41,914 nucleotides of DNA from Actinomycetales bacterium (GTDB lineage: Bacteria; Actinomycetota; Actinomycetes; Actinomycetales; CAVURS01). Position numbers and translations under genes: made by a program. The notes beneath the pieces were generated by a model, which was not told the DNA's origin, searched no databases, and was given only the letters and a program-made list of their open reading frames with translations. This document shows, piece by piece, positions 27,055-36,233 of this stretch; positions within the stretch are counted from its first letter, which is position 1, and each line of letters opens with the position of its first letter. Location: assembly GCA_045807245.1 (NCBI GenBank), contig JBJMHS010000044.1, positions 1-41,914 of the forward strand, in the 5' to 3' direction.

Positions 27055-27970
27055 CGTCCACCCTCTCCTCCAGCGACGGGTCGGCGCGGAAGATCTCCGC
27101 CATCCGGTGCCGGCGCCGCTCCATCCGTCGCAGCCCCAGCCCCAACGTCACCACGGCGTCGCGCACCACGTCGTACGTCGTGTCGTCGACCAGCTCGACC
27201 TCGACCTGGCGGCCGGCCGGATGCACCTGCAGGCCGGCGCGGACGAGCGCACCGGCCAGCTCTTCGACCGAGCCGTCGACCTCGACGGCGATGACCCGGC
27301 TGGCCGACGTCACGTCCGCGGTCGACGACGACCGCAGCAGCCGGCCGCCGTCGATCACGACCACGTGGTCGCAGATCTGCTCGAGCTCGCCGAGCAGGTG
27401 CGACGTCACGAGCATCGGGATGCCGAAGTCGGTGCCGACCCGGCGCAGTAGCGCGAGCATCTGGTCGCGACCCTGCGGGTCGAGCCCGTTGGTGGGCTCG
27501 TCGAGCATCACCATGCCGGGGTCGTGCACCAGCGCCTGGGCGAGCTTGACCCGCTGCTTCATGCCGGTCGAGTAACCACCGATGCTGCGGTACCGCTCCT
27601 CGTAGAGCCCCACGTGCCGCAGGGTGTCCGCAGTCCGCTGCCGGGCGGCTGCCATCGGCAGGCCGGACATGCGAGCCAGGTGCAGCACGAGCTCGGTCGC
27701 CGACACGTCGGGCGGCAGGCAGTCGTGCTCCGGCATGTAGCCGACCCGCTGCCGGATCGAGGAGCCGTCCGTGGCGACGTCGAGGTCCAGCACGCTGGCC
27801 CGCCCGGACGTCGCCGGCAGCAGCCCGAGCAGGATCTTGATCAGCGTCGACTTGCCGGCCCCGTTGGCGCCCACCAGGCCGACGATGCCGGGCTCGAGGT
27901 CGACGCTGAGCCCGTCGAGTGCAATGACGGCGCCGTAGCTCTTCGAGAGCCCCTGGGTCGAAAGCATCAT
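27038..27970 (-). CDS. ABC transporter ATP-binding protein
   Basis: GANGAGKS, YSTGMKQR, MLDEPTNGLDP, TSH. Confidence 0.92.
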   Translation of the reverse strand: MMLSTQGLSKSYGAVIALDGLSVDLEPGIVGLVGANGAGKSTLIKILLGLLPATSGRASVLDLDVATDGSSIRQRVGYMPEHDCLPPDVSATELVLHLARMSGLPMAAARQRTADTLRHVGLYEERYRSIGGYSTGMKQRVKLAQALVHDPGMVMLDEPTNGLDPQGRDQMLALLRRVGTDFGIPMLVTSHLLGELEQICDHVVVIDGGRLLRSSSTADVTSASRVIAVEVDGSVEELAGALVRAGLQVHPAGRQVEVELVDDTTYDVVRDAVVTLGLGLRRMERRRHRMAEIFRADPSLEERVDDVAAT

Positions 27971-28013
27971 GGCCCTGACAACCTATCCAGGCCGGCATGC
28001 GAACGTCATCGCT

Positions 28014-28295
28014 ATGAAGCCACTCGCGTGGGTCCTGGTCATCGCCGTTCCGTGGACCGCGTTCTTCACCGTGTTCCTGGCTCTGCGCCGCGGGCGGCCC
28101 CGGCCGTACGCCGCCTGGGCGACCGACCGGATCCAGCGACGGCTGCGCGAGCTGGACGCCGGCGGGACTCCGACCGGCGACGTGCAGCCCCGCGACGTGC
28201 AGCGTGAACGGCAGCAGCTGTGGGCCGAGCTGTTCGCTCGGGGGCGTGGCCACGAGCCTGAGGGGGAGCCGCACAGCGAACGACCGGACGGGTGA
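28014..28295 (+). CDS. Small hypothetical membrane-anchored protein
   Basis: MKPLAWVLVIAVPWTAFFTVFLAL hydrophobic N-terminus, then a charged tail; GC-rich third positions. Confidence 0.5.
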   Translation: MKPLAWVLVIAVPWTAFFTVFLALRRGRPRPYAAWATDRIQRRLRELDAGGTPTGDVQPRDVQRERQQLWAELFARGRGHEPEGEPHSERPDG

Positions 28296-28309
28296 GGCAC
28301 ACTCCGGGC

Positions 28310-28741
28310 ATGGAAGCGCACATCCTGCTCGCCGACGCGGCGCAACGCAGCCCGGAGGGCAAGGTGCACGCACTCGGCCTGGGGTGGACCGTCACCTCGA
28401 CACCCCTGCCGCCGCAAGCCGTCGTGGTGTTCATCAAGGTGCCGTGGGACGAGGCCAACGAGACGCACAACGCCCTGCTCACCCTGATCGACGAGGACGG
28501 CCGGCCGGTGCTGCCCCAAGGCCCGGACGGGGGAGAGCTGCAGATCCAGACCCAGTTCGAGACCGGCCGCCCGCCCGGAGTCCCGCGCGGCATGCCGCTC
28601 GACATGGCCCTGACCTTCACGATCGCGCCGGGCCTGCCCCTGGCCCCAGGTGGGTACGTCTGGCGCCTGGAGATCGACGGCGAGGACCAGGAGACCTGGC
28701 GCGCACCCTTCTTTGTCCGCGCCCCAGCCGACGCGGGCTGA
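28310..28741 (+). CDS. DUF6941-like protein
   Basis: LLADAAQ...GKVHALGLGW, VPWDEAN, LIDEDG, GGYVWRLEIDG; ATG 6 nt after CACACT. Confidence 0.7.
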   Translation: MEAHILLADAAQRSPEGKVHALGLGWTVTSTPLPPQAVVVFIKVPWDEANETHNALLTLIDEDGRPVLPQGPDGGELQIQTQFETGRPPGVPRGMPLDMALTFTIAPGLPLAPGGYVWRLEIDGEDQETWRAPFFVRAPADAG

Positions 28742-28755
28742 CCCGGTACGTCGAG

Positions 28756-28797
28756 TGTCAGCACCTCGACGACGAATACGCCGTCGTGGTGCTGACA
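28756..28797. terminator. Hairpin between convergent genes (possible bidirectional terminator or REP)
   Basis: TGTCAGCACC (28756-65) / GGTGCTGACA (28788-97) plus inner CGACG/CGTCG; no U tract. Confidence 0.55.
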
Positions 28798-28819
28798 GGT
28801 TGCAGCGTGAGGAGCTGGG

Positions 28820-29581
28820 TCAGAGCTGGCGCTCGTGGGCCAGCCGCGCCGCGCCGACGATGCCGGCGCTGTTCTGCAGCTGGGCCGCGACGATCGGGGC
28901 GCGCAGGTGCAGCAGCGGCAGGAACCTGTCGGCCTTGCGGCTGACCCCGCCGCCCACCACGATCAGGTCCGGCCAGAGCAGGTCCTCGACCCGGCTGAAG
29001 TAGACCTGGAGGCGCTCGGCCCACTGCTCGTAGGTCAGCCCTTCCTTGTCCTTGATACTGGAGGCCGCGCGCTTCTCCGCGTCGTACCCGTCGATCTCCA
29101 GGTGGCCCAGCTCGGAGTTGGGCACGAGGGTCCCGTCGTACAGCAAGGCCGTGCCGATGCCGGTGCCGAGCGTGGCGATGAAGACCAGGCCCTTGGTCGC
29201 GCGCGCGGCGCCGTAACGCGCCTCGGCCACCCCGGCCGCATCCGCGTCGTTGACCAGGTGCACCGGCCGCCCGACATGCTCGACCAGCAGGCTCTGACCG
29301 TTCGCCCCGATCCAGCTGTGGTCGATGTTGGCCGCGGTGCGGACGACCCCCGACTTCACGACCGCCGGCACCGTCACGCCGACCGGCCGGTCGTCGCCGG
29401 CCTTGTCCTTGAAGCGCTCGACGATCTCGGCCACGACGTCCGCGACCGCGTCCGGGGTGGACGGCTGGGGCGTCGCGATCTTGAGCCGCTCGGCGATCAG
29501 CTCGCCGGTCTGCAGGTTGACCGGGGCGCCCTTGATGCCGCTGCCGCCGATGTCGATGCCGAACCCGATCTCCTGGTCCAT
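28820..29581 (-). CDS. ppgK: Polyphosphate glucokinase (ROK family)
   Basis: [57 protein letters not shown]. Confidence 0.92.
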   Translation of the reverse strand: MDQEIGFGIDIGGSGIKGAPVNLQTGELIAERLKIATPQPSTPDAVADVVAEIVERFKDKAGDDRPVGVTVPAVVKSGVVRTAANIDHSWIGANGQSLLVEHVGRPVHLVNDADAAGVAEARYGAARATKGLVFIATLGTGIGTALLYDGTLVPNSELGHLEIDGYDAEKRAASSIKDKEGLTYEQWAERLQVYFSRVEDLLWPDLIVVGGGVSRKADRFLPLLHLRAPIVAAQLQNSAGIVGAARLAHERQL

Positions 29582-29651
29582 GGGGGTTCCTCGTCTCTTG
29601 GTCAGGGTGCCGGTCGTGCATCGTCCGTACGTCTGGTCGAGCGGTGGCGCG

Positions 29652-30515
29652 CTAGGGCAACGTCAGGACCTCGGCTCCGTCGCTGGTGACGAGCAGCGTG
29701 TGCTCGAACTGGGCGGAGCGGCGCCGGTCCTTGGTGACGACGGTCCACCCGTCGTCCCACATGTCCCAGGTCTCGGTGCCGAGGTTGAGCATCGGCTCGA
29801 TCGTGAAGGTCATGCCCTCCTGGATCGCCGTGCTGTACGCGGGCGCCGCGTCATAATGCGGAACGATCAGCCCGGAGTGGAAGGCCGTACCGATGCCGTG
29901 ACCGGTGAAGTCGCGCACCACGCCGTAGCCGAACCGCTTCGCGTAAGACTCGATCACCCGGCCGATGACATTCATCTCGCGACCGGGACGCACTGCCTTG
30001 ATGGCCCGGTTCAACGCCTCACGGGTGCGCTCGACGAGCAGGCGGGACTCCTCGTCGACGTCACCCACGAGGTACGTCGCGTCCGTGTCGCCGTGCACGC
30101 CGTCGACGTACGCCGTGATGTCGATGTTCACGATGTCGCCGTCCTCGAGCGGCCGGTCGTCCGGGATGCCATGGCAGATGACCTCGTTGACGCTCGTGCA
30201 CAGGGACTTCGGGAAGCCCTTGTAGCCGAGCGTGGAGGGGTAGGCGCCGTGGTCGAGCAGGAACTCATGGCCGACTCGGTCGATCTGGTCGGTGGTGACA
30301 CCGGGTGCGATGACCTCGGCGGCAGCGGCCATGGCCTGCGCGGCGATCCGTCCGGCGACGCGCATCCGCTCGATCGTCCCGGCGTCCTTCACCTCCGGCC
30401 CGGTGTACGCCGCGGGGGCCGGCCGGTCGACGTACTCGGGCCGCGCGATCGACGCCGGCACCGGCCGTCGCGGGGACACCACGCCGGGTGCGACGCTGCC
30501 GAAGGTCACGGGCAT
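29652..30515 (-). CDS. map: Type I methionine aminopeptidase
   Basis: [44 protein letters not shown]. Confidence 0.96.
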   Translation of the reverse strand: MPVTFGSVAPGVVSPRRPVPASIARPEYVDRPAPAAYTGPEVKDAGTIERMRVAGRIAAQAMAAAAEVIAPGVTTDQIDRVGHEFLLDHGAYPSTLGYKGFPKSLCTSVNEVICHGIPDDRPLEDGDIVNIDITAYVDGVHGDTDATYLVGDVDEESRLLVERTREALNRAIKAVRPGREMNVIGRVIESYAKRFGYGVVRDFTGHGIGTAFHSGLIVPHYDAAPAYSTAIQEGMTFTIEPMLNLGTETWDMWDDGWTVVTKDRRRSAQFEHTLLVTSDGAEVLTLP

Positions 30516-30592
30516 GGCTGGGAGTCTAGGAGTTGCGCTGGCACGGGGCTTCCGGCTGGTGCTGGCGACGGTGTCCGGGCGAGAATCACCGC

Positions 30593-30793
30593 ATGGCTGA
30601 GGGCACCGAACGCTGGTGGTACAACGTCAAGACCGGGCAGGTCGAGCCGGACGACGACCACGGACCCAACCGCGACGTCCTGGGGCCCTACAGCTCCAAG
30701 GAGGATGCCGCCCGGGCGCTCGAGATCGCGCGCGAGCGCACCGAGAAGTGGGACCGCGAGGACAAGGAGTGGGAGAACCGCAGCTCCCACTGA
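30593..30793 (+). CDS. Small conserved actinobacterial protein divergent from map
   Basis: [11 protein letters not shown]...[14 protein letters not shown]...R..KWD; ATG 6 nt after GAGAAT. Confidence 0.78.
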   Translation: MAEGTERWWYNVKTGQVEPDDDHGPNRDVLGPYSSKEDAARALEIARERTEKWDREDKEWENRSSH

Positions 30794-30820
30794 ACGAGCG
30801 GAAGCCGGGAAGCCGAGGCC

Positions 30821-31393
30821 TCAGGCGCGGATGAGGGTGCGCAGGACGCCGTAGCGGCCGTTGGGGGTGCGGGCACCGGCCGCCGTGCTGACCAGATGCT
30901 GGGCCAGGTCGAACGAGAACTCGACACCTTGCGGGGCGAGCAGGTCGGTCGGAGTGACCGACATTCGCTCGTGCACGAGGTCGTCCAGCTGGGGGTCGCC
31001 GCCGTCGACGGACAGCACGGTCGCGCCGACCTGCTTGGCCCGCTCCACCCGGTCCAGCAGCCGCTCCGGCGCCACTTCGGGCGCGATGATGAGGACCGTC
31101 TCGCCGGGCGCCGCCTGCTCCAGCCGGCGCAGCCCCACCGCGAGATGCGGGGCGGCGCCCGCCGGGGGCGCGTAACGCACCAGCGTGGGCCGTAGCTGCT
31201 GCTGACCCGTCAGCCGGGCCTCGTCGTCCAGATGAGCGGTCAGGTGCCAGGGCTCGACCTCCGGCGTACCGACGACGAGCAGCCCACCGGCACGTTCGGT
31301 ACGCCGTACCGCCTCGCCCACGGTCTGTGCGCTGGACCACCATCCGCTTTGGCGCAAAGCAGTGCGCAGCCGCCACACCAGCTCGCCATCCAT
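30821..31393 (-). CDS. Conserved hypothetical protein (possibly SIS-like fold)
   Basis: [45 protein letters not shown]; start taken at ATG 31393. Confidence 0.65.
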   Translation of the reverse strand: MDGELVWRLRTALRQSGWWSSAQTVGEAVRRTERAGGLLVVGTPEVEPWHLTAHLDDEARLTGQQQLRPTLVRYAPPAGAAPHLAVGLRRLEQAAPGETVLIIAPEVAPERLLDRVERAKQVGATVLSVDGGDPQLDDLVHERMSVTPTDLLAPQGVEFSFDLAQHLVSTAAGARTPNGRYGVLRTLIRA

Positions 31394-31494
31394 AAGGGAC
31401 GTTTCGGCAGGCGTGAGGCGGTCCTTCAAAGACTTGCGCCGAACGAGTGCGTGACTAGTCCATGAGTAGTGCTGCGGATGGCTGGCCGACGTGG

Positions 31495-32496
31495 TTATCG
31501 GCTGAGCTTGGGTAGTACGTCGCGGCCGAAGACCTGTATCCAGTCGCGCTGGTTGCGCCCGACGTTGTGCAGGTAGATGCGGTCGAAGCCGAGGTCGACG
31601 AAGCGCTGGATGTACGCCCGGTGCTCGTCCGGGTCGGCCGAGATCACCATCCGGCCCTCGAAGTCCTCGGCCCGCACCAAGGCGGCCATCGCGGCGAAGT
31701 CGTGGGGGGAGCGGATGTCGGCCTTGGGGAACTTCATGCCGCCGTTGGGCCACTCGGTCACCGCGTTGGCCAGGGCCTCCTCGTCCGTGGCCGCCCAGGA
31801 CATGTGCAGCTGCAGGATCCGCGGCATCGCGTCCGGGTCCTTGCCGGCCTCACGGGCGCCCTCGGCGAACTTGTCGAACAGCCCGGAGATCTTCTCCAGC
31901 GGCGCGCCGACGGTGATGATGCCGTCGGCCAGCTTGCCGGTCCGCTTGGCGTTGACCGGGCCGGCGGTCGCGACCAGCACCGGGGGCGGGGTCTCCGGCA
32001 TGGTCCACAGCCGGGTCGTCTCCATCGTGAAGAACTGGCCGCGGTGCTTGACCTCCTTGCCGGCGACCGAGGCGTCGAACAGCTTCTTGATCAGCTCCAC
32101 CGCCTCGAACATCCGCAACGAGCGCTCGCCCGCCTCCGGCCAGTAGCCGGCGATCACGTGCTCGTTCAGCGCCTCACCCGAGCCCACCCCCAGCCACGAC
32201 CGGCCCGGGTACATCGCCTCCAGCGTCGCCGCGGCCTGGGCCACGATCGCCGGGTGGAACCGGAACGACGGGCAGGTCACACCCGGGCCCATGTCACCCG
32301 TCGTACGCTCGCCGACCGCGGTCAGGACGTTCCACACGAACGAGGCGTTGCCCTGCTGCGGCACCCACGGCTGGAAGTGGTCGGCGGCCATACAGCCGGA
32401 GAACCCGTGCTGCTCGGCGTACGCCGTCAGCTCCACCGCCTCGGCCGGGTGGAACTGCTCCAGCATCGCGGCATAGCCGACCGTCAGGTCACTCAC
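31495..32496 (-). CDS. F420-dependent LLM-class oxidoreductase (G6PDH-like, TIGR03557 type)
   Basis: [41 protein letters not shown] overlaps the panB stop. Confidence 0.88.
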   Translation of the reverse strand: MSDLTVGYAAMLEQFHPAEAVELTAYAEQHGFSGCMAADHFQPWVPQQGNASFVWNVLTAVGERTTGDMGPGVTCPSFRFHPAIVAQAAATLEAMYPGRSWLGVGSGEALNEHVIAGYWPEAGERSLRMFEAVELIKKLFDASVAGKEVKHRGQFFTMETTRLWTMPETPPPVLVATAGPVNAKRTGKLADGIITVGAPLEKISGLFDKFAEGAREAGKDPDAMPRILQLHMSWAATDEEALANAVTEWPNGGMKFPKADIRSPHDFAAMAALVRAEDFEGRMVISADPDEHRAYIQRFVDLGFDRIYLHNVGRNQRDWIQVFGRDVLPKLSR

Positions 32497-33380
32497 TCGA
32501 AGCTCTGCTCCTTCGTCGGGAACGTCCCGGACCCCACGTCCGCGGCGTACGCCTTCGCGGCGTCGAGCAGGACGCCGCGCAGGTCGGCGTACTGCTTGAC
32601 GAACTTGGCCATCTTGCCCCCGCGCAGACCGGCCATGTCCTGCCAGACCAGGACCTGCGCGTCGCAGTACGGTCCGGCCCCGATGCCGATGGTCGGGATC
32701 CTCAGCACCTCGGTCACGTGGGACGCGACCTCCGCCGGCACCATCTCCATCACCAGCGCGAAGGCCCCGGCCCTCTCCAGGGCGCATGCGTCGTCGACCA
32801 GGCGGTTGGCCTGGTCCCCACGCCCCTGGACCCGGTAGCCGCCGAGGGTGTGCTCGCTCTGCGGGGTGAAGCCCACATGCGCCATCACCGGGATGCCGGC
32901 CTGCACGAGCGCCTCGACCTGAGGCACGACCCGCTTGCCGCCCTCGAGCTTCACCGCGTGCGCGCCGCCCTCCTTCATGAACCGGGTGGCCGTCTCGAGC
33001 GCCTGCTGCGGCCCGGCCTGGTAGGACCCGAAGGGCAGGTCGCCGACGACCAGGGCGTGTTGGACGCTGCGGGAGACGGCGCCGATGAGCATGACCATCT
33101 GGTCGACCGTGACGGGGATGGTCGTCTCGTAGCCGAAGACGTTGTTGCCGGCCGAGTCACCGACCAGCAGCACCGGGATGCCGGCCTCGTCGAAGATCTC
33201 CGCGGCGTACTGCTCGTACGCCGTGAGCATCGCCCATCTCTCGCCGCGCTCCTTCATCTCGCGCAGCTGCGGGATCCGGACCCGCCGCCGGTGCGGCCCG
33301 ACGCCGGCGCCCGGCAGGGGACCCGATCCGTACGGCGAGGGCTGCTCGGGCGACAGCGCGCTCGGGTCTCTTTGGGTCAT
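32493..33380 (-). CDS. panB: 3-methyl-2-oxobutanoate hydroxymethyltransferase
   Basis: MLTAY, LLVGDS, DLPFGSY, AVKLEGG, HVGFTPQ, IGIGAG, QVLVWQD; GGAGG SD before ATG 33380. Confidence 0.96.
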   Translation of the reverse strand: MTQRDPSALSPEQPSPYGSGPLPGAGVGPHRRRVRIPQLREMKERGERWAMLTAYEQYAAEIFDEAGIPVLLVGDSAGNNVFGYETTIPVTVDQMVMLIGAVSRSVQHALVVGDLPFGSYQAGPQQALETATRFMKEGGAHAVKLEGGKRVVPQVEALVQAGIPVMAHVGFTPQSEHTLGGYRVQGRGDQANRLVDDACALERAGAFALVMEMVPAEVASHVTEVLRIPTIGIGAGPYCDAQVLVWQDMAGLRGGKMAKFVKQYADLRGVLLDAAKAYAADVGSGTFPTKEQSFE

Positions 33381-33442
33381 TGCCCACCTCCGGACTCCAT
33401 GTGTGGTCCCGTCACGAGCCTGTGACGAGCCCTGAGGCACCG

Positions 33443-35230
33443 TCAGGACTCATGCTCCCGCCACCGGCTGGTCACCGGTAGGCGGCGGTCCCGGCCGAAC
33501 GCCAGAGCCGAGATCTTGGTGCCGGGAGCGAACTGCCGCCGCTTCCACTCCGCGCGGTCGACCATGGTGACGACGTGGTCGACCACGGCCGCGTCGTACC
33601 CGGCCGCGATGAGCTCGGTGCGGCCCATGGCGCGCTCGACGTACGCCTCCAGGACCGGGTCGAGGACGTCGTACTCGGGCAGGGTGTCCTGGTCGGTCTG
33701 GCCCGGTCGCAGCTCGGCCGAGGGAGGTTTGACGATCGAGCTCTCGGGGATCGGCTCGACCTGGCCGCGCCGCAGCGCCTGGGCGTTGCGCCAGCGGGCG
33801 AGCTGCCAGACGAGCGACTTCTCGACGTCCTTGAGCGGGACGAACCCGCCCACGCTGTCGCCGTACAGGGTGGAGTAGCCGACGGCGAGCTCGCTCTTGT
33901 TGCTGGTCGCGAGCACGAGGTGCCCCTCGGCGTTGGACAGGCCCATGAGGATGATGCCGCGGACGCGGGCCTGGAGGTTCTCCTCGGCGACACCGGTGAA
34001 CCCGAGCTGGTCGAGGAACGCCCGGACCATCGGCGCGATCGGCTGCACCCGGTAGTCCGCGCCGAGGCGCCGGGCCAGCTCGGCGGCGTCGTCGCGGCTG
34101 TGCTCGCTGGAGTACGAGCTGGGCATCGAGACACCGACGACGTTGCGCCCGCTGATGGCGTCTGCGGCCAGGGTGGCCACGAGGGCCGAGTCGATGCCGC
34201 CGGAAAGGCCCAGGGCGACGGTGCGAAACCCGTTCTTGCGCACGTAGTCACCGAGCCCGAGGCACAGCGCCTCGTAGACCTCGCCGATGTCGTCGAGCGG
34301 GCTGGAGACCGCGGCGGGCAGGGGAGGGTACGGCGCGAGCTCGGTCTCGCTGATGGTCACATGCCGGACGCCGGGTGGTGGCGAGACCTGGTCGACGGTG
34401 GAGGTCTTGAGGTCCAGGTCGGCGACCAGCAGGTGCTCGCGGAACTGCGGCGCCCGGGCCAGCACGTCGCCGCGGACGTTCACCACGACCGAGTCGCCGT
34501 CGAACACGAGCTCGTCCTGGCCGCCGACCATGTTCACGTAGGCGAGGGTGCAGCCCGCCTCGTCGGCGCGCCGCGCGGCCAGGGCCAGCCGGGTGTCGTC
34601 CTTGTGCCGCTCGTACGGCGAGCCGTTGATCACCAGGAGCAGCTCGGCCCCGGCGGCCCGCGCCTTCGCGACCGGACCGCCGTCCTGCCAGAGGTCTTCG
34701 CAGATGGCGAGCGCGACGTCGATGCCCAGGACCCGTACGACGGTCAGCTCGTGCCCGGGCACGAAGATGCGGAACTCGTCGAAGACCCCGTAGTTGGGCA
34801 GGTGGTGCTTCGCGTAGCGCGCGGCGACCTGTCCGCCGTACAGGACAGCGGCGCAGTTCTGCGGCATCCCCTTGGGGACACCGGTGTTGCCGTCCTCGCT
34901 GTGCTCGCCCTCCTCGGTCAGCTCGGCCAGGTCGGCGTCGAGGCCGTGAGCTCGGTCGACGTAGCCGACGACGACGGGCAGGTCCCCGAGCCCGTCGGCC
35001 TGCAGGTCGGCGGCCAGCCGATGCAGCGTCGCGACGGAGGCGTCGACGAACGAGCCGCGCAACGCGAGGTCCTCGACCGGGTAGCCGTTGAGGAAGGTCT
35101 CGGGGAAGGCCACGAGGTGGGCGCCGGCCTCCCGGGCCCGGGCCGACCAGCTGCGGACCAGCCGCGCGTTCCCGGCCAGGTCGCCCATGGTGGCGTCGAC
35201 CTGGGCCAGCGCGAGGCGCAGCTGCGGCAT
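33443..35230 (-). CDS. nadE: Glutamine-dependent NAD+ synthetase
   Basis: Nitrilase domain ([21 protein letters not shown]) plus synthetase domain ([36 protein letters not shown]). Confidence 0.96.
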   Translation of the reverse strand: MPQLRLALAQVDATMGDLAGNARLVRSWSARAREAGAHLVAFPETFLNGYPVEDLALRGSFVDASVATLHRLAADLQADGLGDLPVVVGYVDRAHGLDADLAELTEEGEHSEDGNTGVPKGMPQNCAAVLYGGQVAARYAKHHLPNYGVFDEFRIFVPGHELTVVRVLGIDVALAICEDLWQDGGPVAKARAAGAELLLVINGSPYERHKDDTRLALAARRADEAGCTLAYVNMVGGQDELVFDGDSVVVNVRGDVLARAPQFREHLLVADLDLKTSTVDQVSPPPGVRHVTISETELAPYPPLPAAVSSPLDDIGEVYEALCLGLGDYVRKNGFRTVALGLSGGIDSALVATLAADAISGRNVVGVSMPSSYSSEHSRDDAAELARRLGADYRVQPIAPMVRAFLDQLGFTGVAEENLQARVRGIILMGLSNAEGHLVLATSNKSELAVGYSTLYGDSVGGFVPLKDVEKSLVWQLARWRNAQALRRGQVEPIPESSIVKPPSAELRPGQTDQDTLPEYDVLDPVLEAYVERAMGRTELIAAGYDAAVVDHVVTMVDRAEWKRRQFAPGTKISALAFGRDRRLPVTSRWREHES

Positions 35231-35250
35231 GCCCCCAGCCTAGGCGTCGG

Positions 35251-36054
35251 CTACGACCGCGGACTGATGACCAGGGTCTGGTTGCCCGTCCCGACGACGC
35301 CCGCCTCATCGCGCAGGGTGGAGCTGGCCAGACCCGTGCCGTCCGCGCCGAGCCGGGTCCGCGCATCGAGCATGAGCCACTCGGTCACGGGCTGTCGCAG
35401 CAGGTGCAGGTCGAGGTCGATGTTCAGGAACGACCAGTCGTCCCAGACCAGCTCAGAGGACACCCCACTGCCGGAGTCGCCCAGCAGGGCGGCCCGCTGC
35501 AGGCCGGTCATCGGGCTCTGGTCGGCCTCGGGTGCAACCAGCGGCACGCGCGGCCGACCCCACACCGAGGCCGGCCCAGGGTCGTAGCCGCCGCCGACCA
35601 CCGGCCGCCACTCCATGTGCCTCGCGTATGGGAAGTCCCAAGTGGCCACGGCCGTGGTCTCGTGCGGGCCGGGCACAGGGGGGTCGTCACCGTGGACGGC
35701 GGGCGTCGGCTCGGCCAGCGAGGTCCGGATCAGCCAGGTGCGAGAGTGCAGGCAGGTCCGGCCCGCGACGCTCAGCTCGCTGTCGACCAGCACCACCGAG
35801 CGCCCGCTGCGGACGACGCGGGCGCGCACCTCGAGGGGACCCACCGGCACCGGGCCGAGGAAGTCGACGGCGACCCGGTACGACGCGAGGTCGTCCCGCG
35901 TGGCGCGCGCCTGGAGCTCGGCCTGCCGTACCAGGAGCGCGGAGGGCGGGCCGCCGTGCTGCAGGTGCTCCGACCATGGGCCGGCGCAGGCGGCTGTGGC
36001 CTCCCAGGCGCCGCCGTCCGGGTCCACCGGGGTGAAGAACGACGACTCCAGCAC
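35251..36054 (-). CDS. Double hot-dog thioesterase family protein
   Basis: GPWSEHLQHGGPPSALL, VDFLGPVP, RSGRSV, GDSGSGVS, FLNIDLDLHLLR; GTG 6 nt after TACCGT. Confidence 0.85.
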   Translation of the reverse strand: MLESSFFTPVDPDGGAWEATAACAGPWSEHLQHGGPPSALLVRQAELQARATRDDLASYRVAVDFLGPVPVGPLEVRARVVRSGRSVVLVDSELSVAGRTCLHSRTWLIRTSLAEPTPAVHGDDPPVPGPHETTAVATWDFPYARHMEWRPVVGGGYDPGPASVWGRPRVPLVAPEADQSPMTGLQRAALLGDSGSGVSSELVWDDWSFLNIDLDLHLLRQPVTEWLMLDARTRLGADGTGLASSTLRDEAGVVGTGNQTLVISPRS

Positions 36055-36108
36055 GGCTGGACGGTACCCGGCGCACCCGTCGTACCGGCATCCCCACCCC
36101 GAGCTTGG

Positions 36109-36209
36109 GTGCCCCTGGAAAGCCGCTTTGCCCTCCGAAAGCCGCCCGGCGGCCCCTTTCGGGGCGGCCCGAGCGGCTTTCGGAGGGCAAACCGGCTTTC
36201 GGAGGGCAC
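36109..36209. repeat. 101-bp palindromic REP-like element with internal tandem units
   Basis: 37-bp arms (36109-36145 and 36173-36209), each with two copies of (t)gccctccgaaagccg; inner hairpin gcccc-tttc-ggggc. Confidence 0.85.
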
Positions 36210-36233
36210 GGAAGCGGGGGGCTCCCGGGACGG

